This document shows, piece by piece, positions 1-8,751 of a stretch of DNA of 64,000 nt. The notes beneath the pieces were generated by a model. That model searched no databases. It was not told the DNA's origin and was given only the letters and a program-made list of their open reading frames with translations. The stretch covers positions 288,001 through 352,000 of the forward strand of contig JBGAHS010000004.1 of the NCBI GenBank assembly GCA_044226015.1, read 5' to 3'. This DNA is from Candidatus Obscuribacteraceae bacterium (GTDB taxonomy: Bacteria > Cyanobacteriota > Vampirovibrionia > Obscuribacterales > Obscuribacteraceae). Every line of letters begins with the position of its first letter. Within the stretch, counting starts at the first letter, position 1. Both the position numbers and the translations under genes were made by a program.

Positions 1-2
1 CG

Positions 3-743
3 CCAGAGCTAATTTCGATTTATGGCACAGAAACCTTTGAGAAATTGACAGAAAAAGAGCAGCAATTACTTTCCTTTTTTGAGGCAGTAAATTTCTTCAG
101 CCTGAATATCCATGGCGAGAAGCCGCTTGTCGAGGGCTTAGCAAAACGACTTTATTCAAAGGAGCTGAAAGAGTTTGCTGTTTACCTGCATCATTTTCTT
201 GATGAAGAGAATAAGCACATGATTTATTTTGGTGGATTTTGCCAGCGCTATGCGGGAAAAATCTATCGTGACCGAAAGCTCGTTATTCCCCGAGAATACG
301 AGCCTGGTGAAGATGACTTTCTGTTCTTTGCAAAGGTGATGATATTCGAAGAACTTGTGGATATGTATAACATCAAGATGTCCAGTGATGAAAGACTCGA
401 ACCCATTTCTCGAAAAATCAATCAGGTTCATCATGCGGAGGAAGCTCGGCATCTGGTTTTTGGGCGGCACATGGTTGAGCATCTGTTCCAGAAATATTCA
501 TCTAGCTGGAGTCCTTCGACTCTAATAGCTATGCAAGACTATCTGAAAAACTATGTGGTCGCAACCTGGAAAGAGTATTACAATCCAGATGTGTATAAAG
601 ATGCCTTGCTGGCGAGTCCCTATGAGCTTCTCGAGCAAGCGTGGAACTGTAGCGTGCAGCGCGAGCACCGAAAGAAGATTTCGTCCAGACTGTTGGATTA
701 CCTTAAGCAGCGAAATATGATAGTGGAGTATCCTGAGTTATGA
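3..743 (+). CDS. AurF/CmlI-like ferritin-fold diiron oxygenase (5' end outside the window)
   Basis: The frame is open from base 3 (PELISIYGTETFEKLT..., an AurF-family-like N-terminal segment). Diiron motifs HGEK, DEENKH, FEE and HHAEEARH; the last has the extra His of AurF/CmlI-type sites. Confidence 0.8.
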   Translation, partial: PELISIYGTETFEKLTEKEQQLLSFFEAVNFFSLNIHGEKPLVEGLAKRLYSKELKEFAVYLHHFLDEENKHMIYFGGFCQRYAGKIYRDRKLVIPREYEPGEDDFLFFAKVMIFEELVDMYNIKMSSDERLEPISRKINQVHHAEEARHLVFGRHMVEHLFQKYSSSWSPSTLIAMQDYLKNYVVATWKEYYNPDVYKDALLASPYELLEQAWNCSVQREHRKKISSRLLDYLKQRNMIVEYPEL

Positions 744-991
744 AAAGCGAAGCAGAGTTTCGTGAATCACTACGCAATTGGATTCTCTCAAAGAATGCCA
801 AGGTCAAGCCTGAAGATCTTGCTGATGACACCCCAATAATTGAACAGCGCATAATCACATCGTTGCAGCTTATGGATCTTATTCTTGAACTTGAAAAACT
901 CACTGGAGAGCCTGTCGAAGTAGAAGAGCTAAAGCCCGGAGTTTTCAAAAATATCAACAGCATTTGTCAGAATTTCTTGAGGCGAGAATGA
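740..991 (+). CDS. Acyl/aminoacyl carrier protein (ACP1)
   Basis: 83 aa, acidic. DDTPII..IITSLQLMDLILELE resembles an ACP helix with the conserved Ser. ATGA overlaps with both neighbours. Confidence 0.8.
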   Translation: MKSEAEFRESLRNWILSKNAKVKPEDLADDTPIIEQRIITSLQLMDLILELEKLTGEPVEVEELKPGVFKNINSICQNFLRRE

Positions 992-1848
992 GCATGGCTG
1001 CCTCAATTGACCCTATTGAACTAACTGAATTGCACTGGCAGGAATCTGGACAGGCTTCTTTTAGTGGGTCGCTTCTGAGGCTGTTTCGAAGGCTCGATGC
1101 TATGTTTTGCGATTGGGCGACAACTCTCAACTCGCAGGAATTTATGTTTCCTCCGTTCCTTTCAAGCAAGCAAATGAACAAGCTTGATTATTTCAAGTCG
1201 TTTCCACATCTCATAACCATTCCTGTCACGCTCGAAAGCTCTGCTGAAAATCTGCAAGCATTTGCCGACTCGCCGCTTGATGAAAACTATAATTTGAAAT
1301 TGCCTCAGTTGGCTGCAGCAAAACAGGTGCTGACACCTGCGGCGTGCTACCACTTTTACGATGAACTCGAAGGGGCACAGCTTAACTCAGGGCTCTATTT
1401 GACGACTAGATGTGTCTGTTATCGAAATGAGTTAGCCTATCAACCTCTGCGGCGGCAGTGGGCGTTTTCAATGCGTGAAATTGTATGTATTTCCAGTATT
1501 GATGAGGTTCAGAGCTTCCTTCAGGTCTTTGAGCAAAAATTGGCAGAGTATTTTGCCTTGAACAAGTTTCCTGTAAAATTTGAGTACGCAACTGACCCGT
1601 TTTTCAACCCCCGTTCAAATCCCAAATATTTGCTACAAAAACTTGAACCTGTGAAAAAAGAAATGATATACGACGGTCAGCTTTCGATTGGCTCATTGAA
1701 CTTTCATCGTAATTTTTTCGGTGAAACCTTTCAGATTTCACACAACAAAGAAGCCGCCTACACTGCTTGTGTCGCTTTTGGCATCGAGCGTTGGATGTAC
1801 ATGATTTTGAATGAACGTGGTTTGCAAGAAAATGGGTGGAGCTTCTGA
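988..1848 (+). CDS. Amino acid:[carrier protein] ligase (class II SerRS catalytic-domain homolog, no tRNA-binding domain)
   Basis: Motifs YFKSFPH, TPAACYH, FSMREIV, ATDPFF, SLNFHRNFFG and TACVAFGIERW (Cys/Glu/Cys Zn ligands). About 286 aa. Start set at ATG 988, which overlaps the ACP stop. Confidence 0.85.
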   Translation: MSMAASIDPIELTELHWQESGQASFSGSLLRLFRRLDAMFCDWATTLNSQEFMFPPFLSSKQMNKLDYFKSFPHLITIPVTLESSAENLQAFADSPLDENYNLKLPQLAAAKQVLTPAACYHFYDELEGAQLNSGLYLTTRCVCYRNELAYQPLRRQWAFSMREIVCISSIDEVQSFLQVFEQKLAEYFALNKFPVKFEYATDPFFNPRSNPKYLLQKLEPVKKEMIYDGQLSIGSLNFHRNFFGETFQISHNKEAAYTACVAFGIERWMYMILNERGLQENGWSF

Positions 1849-2813
1849 TGTCATCTTCTCTGGATATTGAAGCTATTGTGAAAGACGCTTACGCGGCTCT
1901 GGATGATGATGAACTTCAGAGAGCAATGGAGCTTGCCGCACTGCTTTTGGAAACGCGGCATGCTCGCGGCTTTGAAATTATGGCGCTCGCCCTGGAAAAG
2001 CAAGATCGATTTGAGGAAGCTATTGATTTGCTGAGAAAGGGCGTTTCGATTATTCCTGACGCTTACCCATTGTGGGAATTAATGGGAAATCTCTATTCCA
2101 AGGAAAAGGAATACGACAAGGCTGAAACTGCCTATGTGACTGCGCTTTCTTGCTATGGTTCTAACAGCGGTTCCATAACATACAACATGGCTGTGATGTT
2201 GCGTCACGCAGGAAAGGCGAAACAAGCATATACCGTCACTGAACATATTCAGGACCCCGCTCTTGCGGTCAAAGTAAATACTTTGCGGGTTTCACTTCTA
2301 AATAGTCTGCAGGAATACGAAGAAGCTGCAGAGCTCGCAAATCAACTTATAAACGAAATTATGTCACTGGAAGAACTCGGTGATGAAGATATGAAAGATC
2401 TCGCGCAAGTCTACGCAGAGCTTGGGCGAGCGATATATTTGGGAACAGGCAACAAACAAGGTGCATTCGAGAATGCCTGGAAGTCGTTAGAGTGGGAGCG
2501 CTCTGAGCCAACAGCACTATGGCTGGTGCGTGAGTTAATTGGTAGAAAGTCAGCCGACTCTCGTTGGTTCAGGTTGGAAGTAGAAGGTCACTGGTACTTC
2601 CCGCTTGAGCAAGGTAAGACGCCACCGAAGTTTCGGGTTACTTATGACATAGTCGCGGACAACATAGATGAAGCTATGATGTTTTCAAAGCATCTCGAGC
2701 CACCAGAAATACGCGAGTCCATGCAAGTGAAATCGGTGAGTGACCGCGGTTCTCATGCGCAATTCACTCAAGGACTCTACTGGCGCAGCCCCTATAATTT
2801 TGTAGTCGGCTAA
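1848..2813 (+). CDS. TPR-repeat protein with an uncharacterised C-terminal alpha/beta domain
   Basis: TPR-like helices (EEAIDLLRKGVSIIPD, LMGNLYSKEKEYDKAETAY). TGATG overlap with the ligase stop. Confidence 0.7.
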   Translation: MSSSLDIEAIVKDAYAALDDDELQRAMELAALLLETRHARGFEIMALALEKQDRFEEAIDLLRKGVSIIPDAYPLWELMGNLYSKEKEYDKAETAYVTALSCYGSNSGSITYNMAVMLRHAGKAKQAYTVTEHIQDPALAVKVNTLRVSLLNSLQEYEEAAELANQLINEIMSLEELGDEDMKDLAQVYAELGRAIYLGTGNKQGAFENAWKSLEWERSEPTALWLVRELIGRKSADSRWFRLEVEGHWYFPLEQGKTPPKFRVTYDIVADNIDEAMMFSKHLEPPEIRESMQVKSVSDRGSHAQFTQGLYWRSPYNFVVG

Positions 2814-2814
2814 T

Positions 2815-3924
2815 ATGAATGAACCATCGATTCTTATCACCGGTGGAAACGGCTATGTCGGAGTCAATTTGGCCGAAGCTCTTTTGGCAGAGGGGCGATA
2901 TGCGATTCAGTTGTACTTACATGCTGTTGATCAGGCAGAACTTGAAAGCAAGGCTGAGCCTTTGCGCGAGCGATTTGCGACCTATGTTAATAGTGGACAG
3001 CTTGTGCTCATTGGCGGCGAATTGTCGAATGATCAACCGTTAACTTCGGTCTCTCCTTCTGGTATTAAACAGATTGTCCATTCGGCAGCTGTAACGCGAT
3101 TCAACGTGGAAGAGGAGCTTGCGAATAAAGTAAACATCTCAGGTTCAAGGCATGTGCTTGAGTTTGCGCGGCAATGTGAAAATTTAGAGTCTATTCAGTT
3201 TCTTTCTACTATTTACGCTGCTGGGCTTCGGACCGGAAAGGTAGCAGAGGAGAGGCTTGAAAAATCGACATTCTCAAATCATTATGAGCGTTCGAAATGG
3301 GAATCTGAAGAACTACTCTTTAAGGAGTTTTCTGACATGCCTTTCAATTTGATTCGAATTGCGACGCTCATCTCTGATAATGCTGCTGGAACTGTCAGTC
3401 AGCAAAATGCATTCCATAACACATTGAAGTTGTTTTACTACGGTCTTCTATCGATATTTCCAGGCGAAAAGACATGTCCCGTTTATTTTGTTACCGGTGA
3501 TTTTGTGATTAATTCGCTGCTCTCTATCATGCACAGTTCGGCTACTGCTAAGGTGTTTCACATTTGTCATCGCGATTTTGAAACAGCTCGCCTTGAGCAG
3601 TTGGTTGATACCGTATTTGATACTTTTGAAAAATATTCAGACTTTAAAACGAGGCGCGTCTTGAGACCTCTCTGGTCTGACGTGGAATCATTCGAACTTC
3701 TGCAAGAAGGCATTGGCGGCTTATCTAATGGAGTTATGTCTCAGGCGGTGTCGAGCGTTGCACCGTTTTCTCGGCAATTATTTGCCCCAAAAGAATTCTG
3801 CAATGACAATTTAAGGAGGGTGCTGCCTTCCTACGAGGCTGAAGATCCTCTTCTATTAATTTCAAACGCAGCGAAGTATCTCGCTGATACAAAGTGGGGG
3901 CGTTTGCTCAACCATGCTAAATGA
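2815..3924 (+). CDS. Extended SDR, thioester-reductase / fatty acyl reductase-like (NAD_binding_4)
   Basis: ITGGNGYVG, HSAAVTRF, VNISG, STIY and YERSK motifs. Confidence 0.8.
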   Translation: MNEPSILITGGNGYVGVNLAEALLAEGRYAIQLYLHAVDQAELESKAEPLRERFATYVNSGQLVLIGGELSNDQPLTSVSPSGIKQIVHSAAVTRFNVEEELANKVNISGSRHVLEFARQCENLESIQFLSTIYAAGLRTGKVAEERLEKSTFSNHYERSKWESEELLFKEFSDMPFNLIRIATLISDNAAGTVSQQNAFHNTLKLFYYGLLSIFPGEKTCPVYFVTGDFVINSLLSIMHSSATAKVFHICHRDFETARLEQLVDTVFDTFEKYSDFKTRRVLRPLWSDVESFELLQEGIGGLSNGVMSQAVSSVAPFSRQLFAPKEFCNDNLRRVLPSYEAEDPLLLISNAAKYLADTKWGRLLNHAK

Positions 3925-4534
3925 AGAAGAACTCTCAAACTATTTTTCAAACGAACTTGGCACTGAGTTGCGATTTTGTGTTCGTTTTGATGAAATTGTT
4001 ATGGAATGCTTGTCGGCGCCAGAACTGGCTTTGCTTACTGGGTTTAAGCATGAGAAAAAGCGAAGTTCTTGGTTGAGAGGGCGGGCGGCGTTGAAAGAAA
4101 TACTGAATGATGTCAGTTCGTCACGAGATACCGCAGCCTTTCCTGTTCCAAATCCTAAATGTTCTTTGAGTCATACAGATTCTGTGGCTGTCTGTGTAGC
4201 GCGTGTGAAAGGCTCAGGCGTGGGCATCGACATTGAGGGGGCAAGAGAAGTGCGTCCGCCGACGAAGAAATTCTACCTCACAGAAATTGAGCAAGAACAA
4301 ATGGATTGTTCATCGCAAGATGATCTACTTCGCATGTGGACAGTAAAAGAGTCGTTGTTTAAGGCAGACATGCAGAATGCTAACAAGACTGTTCTGAAGT
4401 ATGTAACTGAGAATGCGTCACTTTTCACGGGTGTAGCCACCAATGATGGTGTCAGCGGCAAGCTGTATTTTAAGTATGCAAGCAAAAAATTTGGGCAACA
4501 CTGGTTGTCGGTATCGATTGCGATACAGGAGTGA
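3914..4534 (+). CDS. 4'-phosphopantetheinyl transferase (Sfp/EntD-like)
   Basis: SLSHT, GIDIE and WTVKESLFKA motifs. Confidence 0.88.
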   Translation: MLNEEELSNYFSNELGTELRFCVRFDEIVMECLSAPELALLTGFKHEKKRSSWLRGRAALKEILNDVSSSRDTAAFPVPNPKCSLSHTDSVAVCVARVKGSGVGIDIEGAREVRPPTKKFYLTEIEQEQMDCSSQDDLLRMWTVKESLFKADMQNANKTVLKYVTENASLFTGVATNDGVSGKLYFKYASKKFGQHWLSVSIAIQE

Positions 4535-4537
4535 GTC

Positions 4538-5104
4538 ATGAGCAACAAACTTAAAGAAAACGAACTCTGGTTGTTGAGTTTCTACAGGACTTCCGAAATT
4601 AGCGGTGCCTTGTTCTTTGGGCGTCTCTGCAAGTCTTTGCGGCCAGGACCGGTGCAGCATGATATGACCAAACACTTCTCCGATGAGGCGGTGCATTCAT
4701 GGCTTTGGACCGACTGTATCACGAAGATGGGTGCTAGCCCCTTGAAGCTTGCCGACTCATACCAAGATCAATATCTTTCTGTCGCGGGAATGCCTGCTAA
4801 CGTTATGGAAATTCTTGCGTTGACTCATGTTTTCGAAAAGCGGGTGATTCGTCAGTATGCTCTGCATTCGCGGGTTCCAGAGCTTCATGCTGAGATTTCT
4901 GAAACCCTGTCCAAAATAATGGATGATGAAAAGTGGCATCTCACTTGGGTTCATTCTGCCTTAGAAAGCATGGAACCAGAGTATGGCAAAGAATACATTG
5001 AGCAAACTATACAACGCTTCTGGGACGCAGATCAGGAGGTTTATTTACGAACTATGAAAGAACACGAAGAGCGAGTTCGAGATTTGGGGATGCTGCTAGA
5101 ATGA
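4538..5104 (+). CDS. Ferritin-like diiron protein
   Basis: Paired motifs SEISG..DEAVH and FEKR..DEKWH, the four-helix diiron pattern. Confidence 0.8.
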   Translation: MSNKLKENELWLLSFYRTSEISGALFFGRLCKSLRPGPVQHDMTKHFSDEAVHSWLWTDCITKMGASPLKLADSYQDQYLSVAGMPANVMEILALTHVFEKRVIRQYALHSRVPELHAEISETLSKIMDDEKWHLTWVHSALESMEPEYGKEYIEQTIQRFWDADQEVYLRTMKEHEERVRDLGMLLE

Positions 5105-5129
5105 TTCGTGGGCAAAGCGAGTAAAGCAG

Positions 5130-5360
5130 ATGGTTGAAAGCGAAGAATTTAGAGGACGAATCGCAAAGTTTTTGAAAATTGCGCCAGAGCGTGTCAAGGA
5201 TGATGCAATTTTGACTGAACTTGTGAATGATTCTTTTGCGCTGGTTGATATGGTGGTAGAGCTGCAAGAAGAATATGGTGCCAGGCTGACGCAAGAGAAT
5301 TTGAAGGATGTAAGAACCGTCAACGATCTCTATGTTCAGGTCCAAAGCCACTTGAAGTAA
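5130..5360 (+). CDS. Acyl carrier protein (ACP2)
   Basis: 76 aa, acidic, LVNDSFALVDMVVELQEEYG, ending TVNDL. Confidence 0.85.
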   Translation: MVESEEFRGRIAKFLKIAPERVKDDAILTELVNDSFALVDMVVELQEEYGARLTQENLKDVRTVNDLYVQVQSHLK

Positions 5361-5394
5361 GCAGGTTTACACGTTTATTTAGCTCCAATACTAG

Positions 5395-5612
5395 GACCAA
5401 ATCTCTGAAGCTCTAAAGTCCGAGCGCGAGGACCAAGCGCGAGCTGAAGCTCTAAAGTCTGAGCGTGAGGACCAAGCGAGAGCTGAAGCTCTAGAGTCCG
5501 AGCGTGAGGAGCAAGCGTGAGCTGAAGCTCTAAAGTCTGAGCGTCGGAACCCAGTCCGAGTTCAAGCTCTAAGGTCTGAGCGTGAGGACCAAGCGCGAGC
5601 TTAACCTCTAAT
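5395..5612. repeat. 39-bp tandem repeat, about 5.5 copies
   Basis: Unit CTGAAGCTCTAAAGTCYGAGCGYGAGGACCAAGCGNGAG starts at 5405, 5444, 5483, 5522 and 5561, with a partial unit at 5600. Confidence 0.95.
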
Positions 5613-5620
5613 GCGCGAGT

Positions 5621-7099
5621 TCAAACTCTGTTGTTTTTACTTATAGATTCAGCAGCGCTTTTGTTGTTAGAGCGCTTAACTTCATCAATCATTCGCTCGA
5701 CTTGCTTGGAACCAAACAAATCATTTTGTTCTTTATATAGCTGTGCTGCTTTTTCGAGGTCCATCAAAGCGCCTTTATGGTCACCTAGATATTTTTTGCT
5801 TTGCCCTCTGAACTTGTAGGAAACAGGTAGATCTTGCTTGCGTTCGATTGAGTAATTGAAGTCATTTAGCGCTTCCTGGTATTGTTTTTTCACGATAAAT
5901 TCCAAGCCGCGATCTGCATAAGCTGTCGATCCCATGGGGTCAAGCTCGATTGATTTGCCAAAGTCTTTAATCGCATCGTTTGAACGTCCCAATCTAGAAT
6001 AGACCAGACCGCGAGCCTCAAAGAGAGCTGACACAGGTTTGTCGGAAAATTCGATTGCTTTTGTATAGTCGGAAATCGCTCTGTCACTTTGACCAATTGC
6101 AAGATGCGCTTTGGCGCGAAGTGCTAGTAAATTGGAATCTTTTGGACTTATTGCCAGCGCTTTATCGAGGTCTTCAATAGCATTGGAGAACGCGTTCATG
6201 TGCATGTAGACCGAAGCACGCCATTTGTAAGCTTCAAGACCATCGGGGTCGTCTTCCAGCGCTGAGGTGAATTCGCGAATAGCTTCGAGGTATTCGCCGC
6301 TTCTTTCTGCTGCCATGCCGCGTTCAATCAATTGCGCCGCAATGTCTTGTTTCTTGCCAAGTTTTAGTGACTTAGCAAAATGATCACGCAATTCCTTTTC
6401 TTCTTGAGTCTCTGGTCCATATTCCTTATCGAGGAATGAGCTATCCAGAGTTATTGCAGTGTTGAAGTCTCTCAGAGCCTCGGTATTTTTGTTCAGTTGT
6501 TTGAAGTACTTTGCTCGTAGTAAATATGCCTTAGCTTGCTTCGGGTCAAGCTGCAGTGCTTGTTCTAAATCGTTGATGGCTTTCTCTTTTTCGCCACGCG
6601 ATAGCTCGCAGTCAGCACGGCTTATAAACGCCAGTACAAATTTCGGATCTGCCTCAATCGCTGCGTTCAAGTCTCCCATTGCCTTTTCGTATAGTTTGAG
6701 ACCTGTGTATGCTCTGCCGCGACAGACGAGAACCGCGTTACGATTGGCTTTGTCTAGCTCGTACGCTTTGTCGAGATCTGCCAGTGACTCATCAAATTTC
6801 TCGAGTTCTAGAAGAGACAGTCCGCGTTGTAAGTAGAGCCCACCTTTTTTGGGATTGATTTTTATCGCATTGGTGAATTCAGCTACTGCTCCTAAAAAGT
6901 CAGCTTGTGAAAATCGCCCCAGCCCAGCTGCTGTAAGCCTTTCGACTTCGCTTGCAGGAAATGTGTTAACGGTAGGACCGTCCACGCGACTGGGTGGCGA
7001 CGGGGTATCGGCGTCATTGACTCTCGAAAATCCGGGGGTGCTGATGGTTGTGAGGCTGCTAGCAAGCGCTAGAAGGACCAGGATGGATTGCCTTAACAT
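5621..7099 (-). CDS. Secreted multi-TPR protein
   Basis: Signal-peptide-like N-terminus followed by many 34-aa TPR units. Confidence 0.85.
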   Translation of the reverse strand: MLRQSILVLLALASSLTTISTPGFSRVNDADTPSPPSRVDGPTVNTFPASEVERLTAAGLGRFSQADFLGAVAEFTNAIKINPKKGGLYLQRGLSLLELEKFDESLADLDKAYELDKANRNAVLVCRGRAYTGLKLYEKAMGDLNAAIEADPKFVLAFISRADCELSRGEKEKAINDLEQALQLDPKQAKAYLLRAKYFKQLNKNTEALRDFNTAITLDSSFLDKEYGPETQEEKELRDHFAKSLKLGKKQDIAAQLIERGMAAERSGEYLEAIREFTSALEDDPDGLEAYKWRASVYMHMNAFSNAIEDLDKALAISPKDSNLLALRAKAHLAIGQSDRAISDYTKAIEFSDKPVSALFEARGLVYSRLGRSNDAIKDFGKSIELDPMGSTAYADRGLEFIVKKQYQEALNDFNYSIERKQDLPVSYKFRGQSKKYLGDHKGALMDLEKAAQLYKEQNDLFGSKQVERMIDEVKRSNNKSAAESISKNNRV

Positions 7100-7281
7100 G
7101 TGCTTTGTTCACTCTTATATAGACCTCCGGTTATTCTAACCGCGCTTGGCGCTTGATATCGCGCTGATTTGGCGATTCTGAGATTAATTGAGCACTTGGA
7201 AAGCTGCTTTCAGTGCTGAGTCCGCTTCCAGCCGTCGGCTGTTTCTGTAGCTTCTCGCGATTCTTTTTTGTTTTGGATCCT

Positions 7282-7307
7282 GGGAGCGCCGCCATCCTGG
7301 CGGCTTC
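7282..7307 (+). repeat. REP-like palindrome
   Basis: GGGAGCGCCGCCATCCTGGCGGCTTC; related copies occur elsewhere in the window. Confidence 0.8.
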
Positions 7308-7388
7308 TCTCGGTGTCCTGTGTGAATGCTTTTGATTATCGGCATCTCGGCAAGCACGTTGTCTCCCGATCAATTATCATGAGTTCTG

Positions 7389-8381
7389 TTGTCTGATTCG
7401 GAATCAATACACGCTTCGATGTTCTCTCTGATATTGGAAAAAATCGAGAAGTTGGCTATTGCGCTTGGGGTCGTTGTCGGTCCACTTTGTTTTCTTAGCT
7501 ACTTTGGTGCAAACAACGATTTCTTCGATTTGCTGAGCCATTTTAGACTTCAGTTTGCTTTGTGTTTTGTTCTCATTGCATTGGTTTTAGTTCGACGCAA
7601 AATCTACGCTCTGGCTTTTTTCCTTATGGCGGTTTCTGCTGCTCCTGATTTGCCACCATTTTTTCTGAAAGAAAAAGTCATGCAAGCCTCATCTACAAGC
7701 TCTCGTTTGCGAATCTTGCAGATGAATCTATGGTCTAAGCATGAACAATTCGAGAGAATACGAGCGTTAATTGAAAATTCAAACGCAGATCTGGTTGCCC
7801 TGGAGGAAGTTTCGCCTGAAGCAAAAATCTGGATGGCAGCCAACATGCAAACGAAGTATCCATACCAGATTTTGCACACCCGACCAGATTTCTTTGGAAT
7901 TGGGCTATTGAGCCGTTATCCACTCAAGAATTCCAAGCTGTTTTATAGCAAAATTGATCAAGCTCAGTCACCGCCAATGGTGACTACGGAGATTGAGGTC
8001 GATGGATGCAACATAGGAGTTCTGGTCGCTCATCTGCTTCCTCCCTTTGGGGAATATCATTTCACTATGGACAAAGCCATGATTCAGGCGATATCAGACT
8101 TTTGCAAAGATTACAAGGACAAAATAGTCGTAGGTGATTTGAATTTGAGTCAACACTCGTCTTTGTACAAGAAGCTGCTTAGAGACACTGCACTTAGCGA
8201 TAGCGCACGAGGATTTGGTTGGCATCCTACGTATCCCTCATTTACTAAATGTGGAATCTATATTGACCAGTGTCTGACTGGGGGTAACATCGTCGTTTTG
8301 GATAGAAAAAACGGACCATATTTTGGCTCCGATCATTTTCCGGTCGTTATTGATCTCGCGCTGCCGCATGGAACCAAGTAG
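7389..8381 (+). CDS. Membrane-anchored endonuclease/exonuclease/phosphatase (EEP) family protein
   Basis: N-terminal TM segments; QMNL, DLVALEE, GDLN, IDQ and SDHFP motifs. Start uncertain. Confidence 0.85.
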   Translation: MSDSESIHASMFSLILEKIEKLAIALGVVVGPLCFLSYFGANNDFFDLLSHFRLQFALCFVLIALVLVRRKIYALAFFLMAVSAAPDLPPFFLKEKVMQASSTSSRLRILQMNLWSKHEQFERIRALIENSNADLVALEEVSPEAKIWMAANMQTKYPYQILHTRPDFFGIGLLSRYPLKNSKLFYSKIDQAQSPPMVTTEIEVDGCNIGVLVAHLLPPFGEYHFTMDKAMIQAISDFCKDYKDKIVVGDLNLSQHSSLYKKLLRDTALSDSARGFGWHPTYPSFTKCGIYIDQCLTGGNIVVLDRKNGPYFGSDHFPVVIDLALPHGTK

Positions 8382-8484
8382 TTTAAATGATTGTGCAGTT
8401 CATGCAGATTTCACACTTAAGTGGTGAACTGTTTTATAAGCTGAATTGGTTTCGTTTCTCCCGTTCCCCGTTTCAGCCGGTGCT

Positions 8485-8508
8485 GAGTGCGCCACCATCG
8501 TGGTGGCT
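8485..8508 (+). repeat. Degenerate REP-like palindrome
   Basis: GAGTGCGCCACCATCGTGGTGGCT; both stem arms are changed in a compensatory way (GCCACCA/TGGTGGC). Confidence 0.6.
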
Positions 8509-8751
8509 GGCAGCTCTAAAAATCAGATTGACAGCACTTTTCGATTGAGTGATCTGACCTGCGACATTCGTTGGAACTTAAAGCTGCGTAAATTGAAAAT
8601 TGCTTAAGCATGTCGACCCTTTCCGGTTCTCTGTCGTCACGCAGTCAAAGTGAGAATAATGGAATGATGCATCTCTTTGCAAGTTGGTCAGACGCCCAGA
8701 TTATTAGCTATAATATGCTTTGGCGGTTTGAAACTGGTGGTCCGATCTAGA

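Noticed and set aside
5395..5612. Possible CRISPR array (39-bp periodicity)
   Set aside because: Units are contiguous with no unique spacers, and there are no cas genes in the window.
5590..5623. Selenocysteine recoding of the TPR gene's TGA
   Set aside because: No convincing SECIS-like hairpin follows, and the context is not a redox motif.
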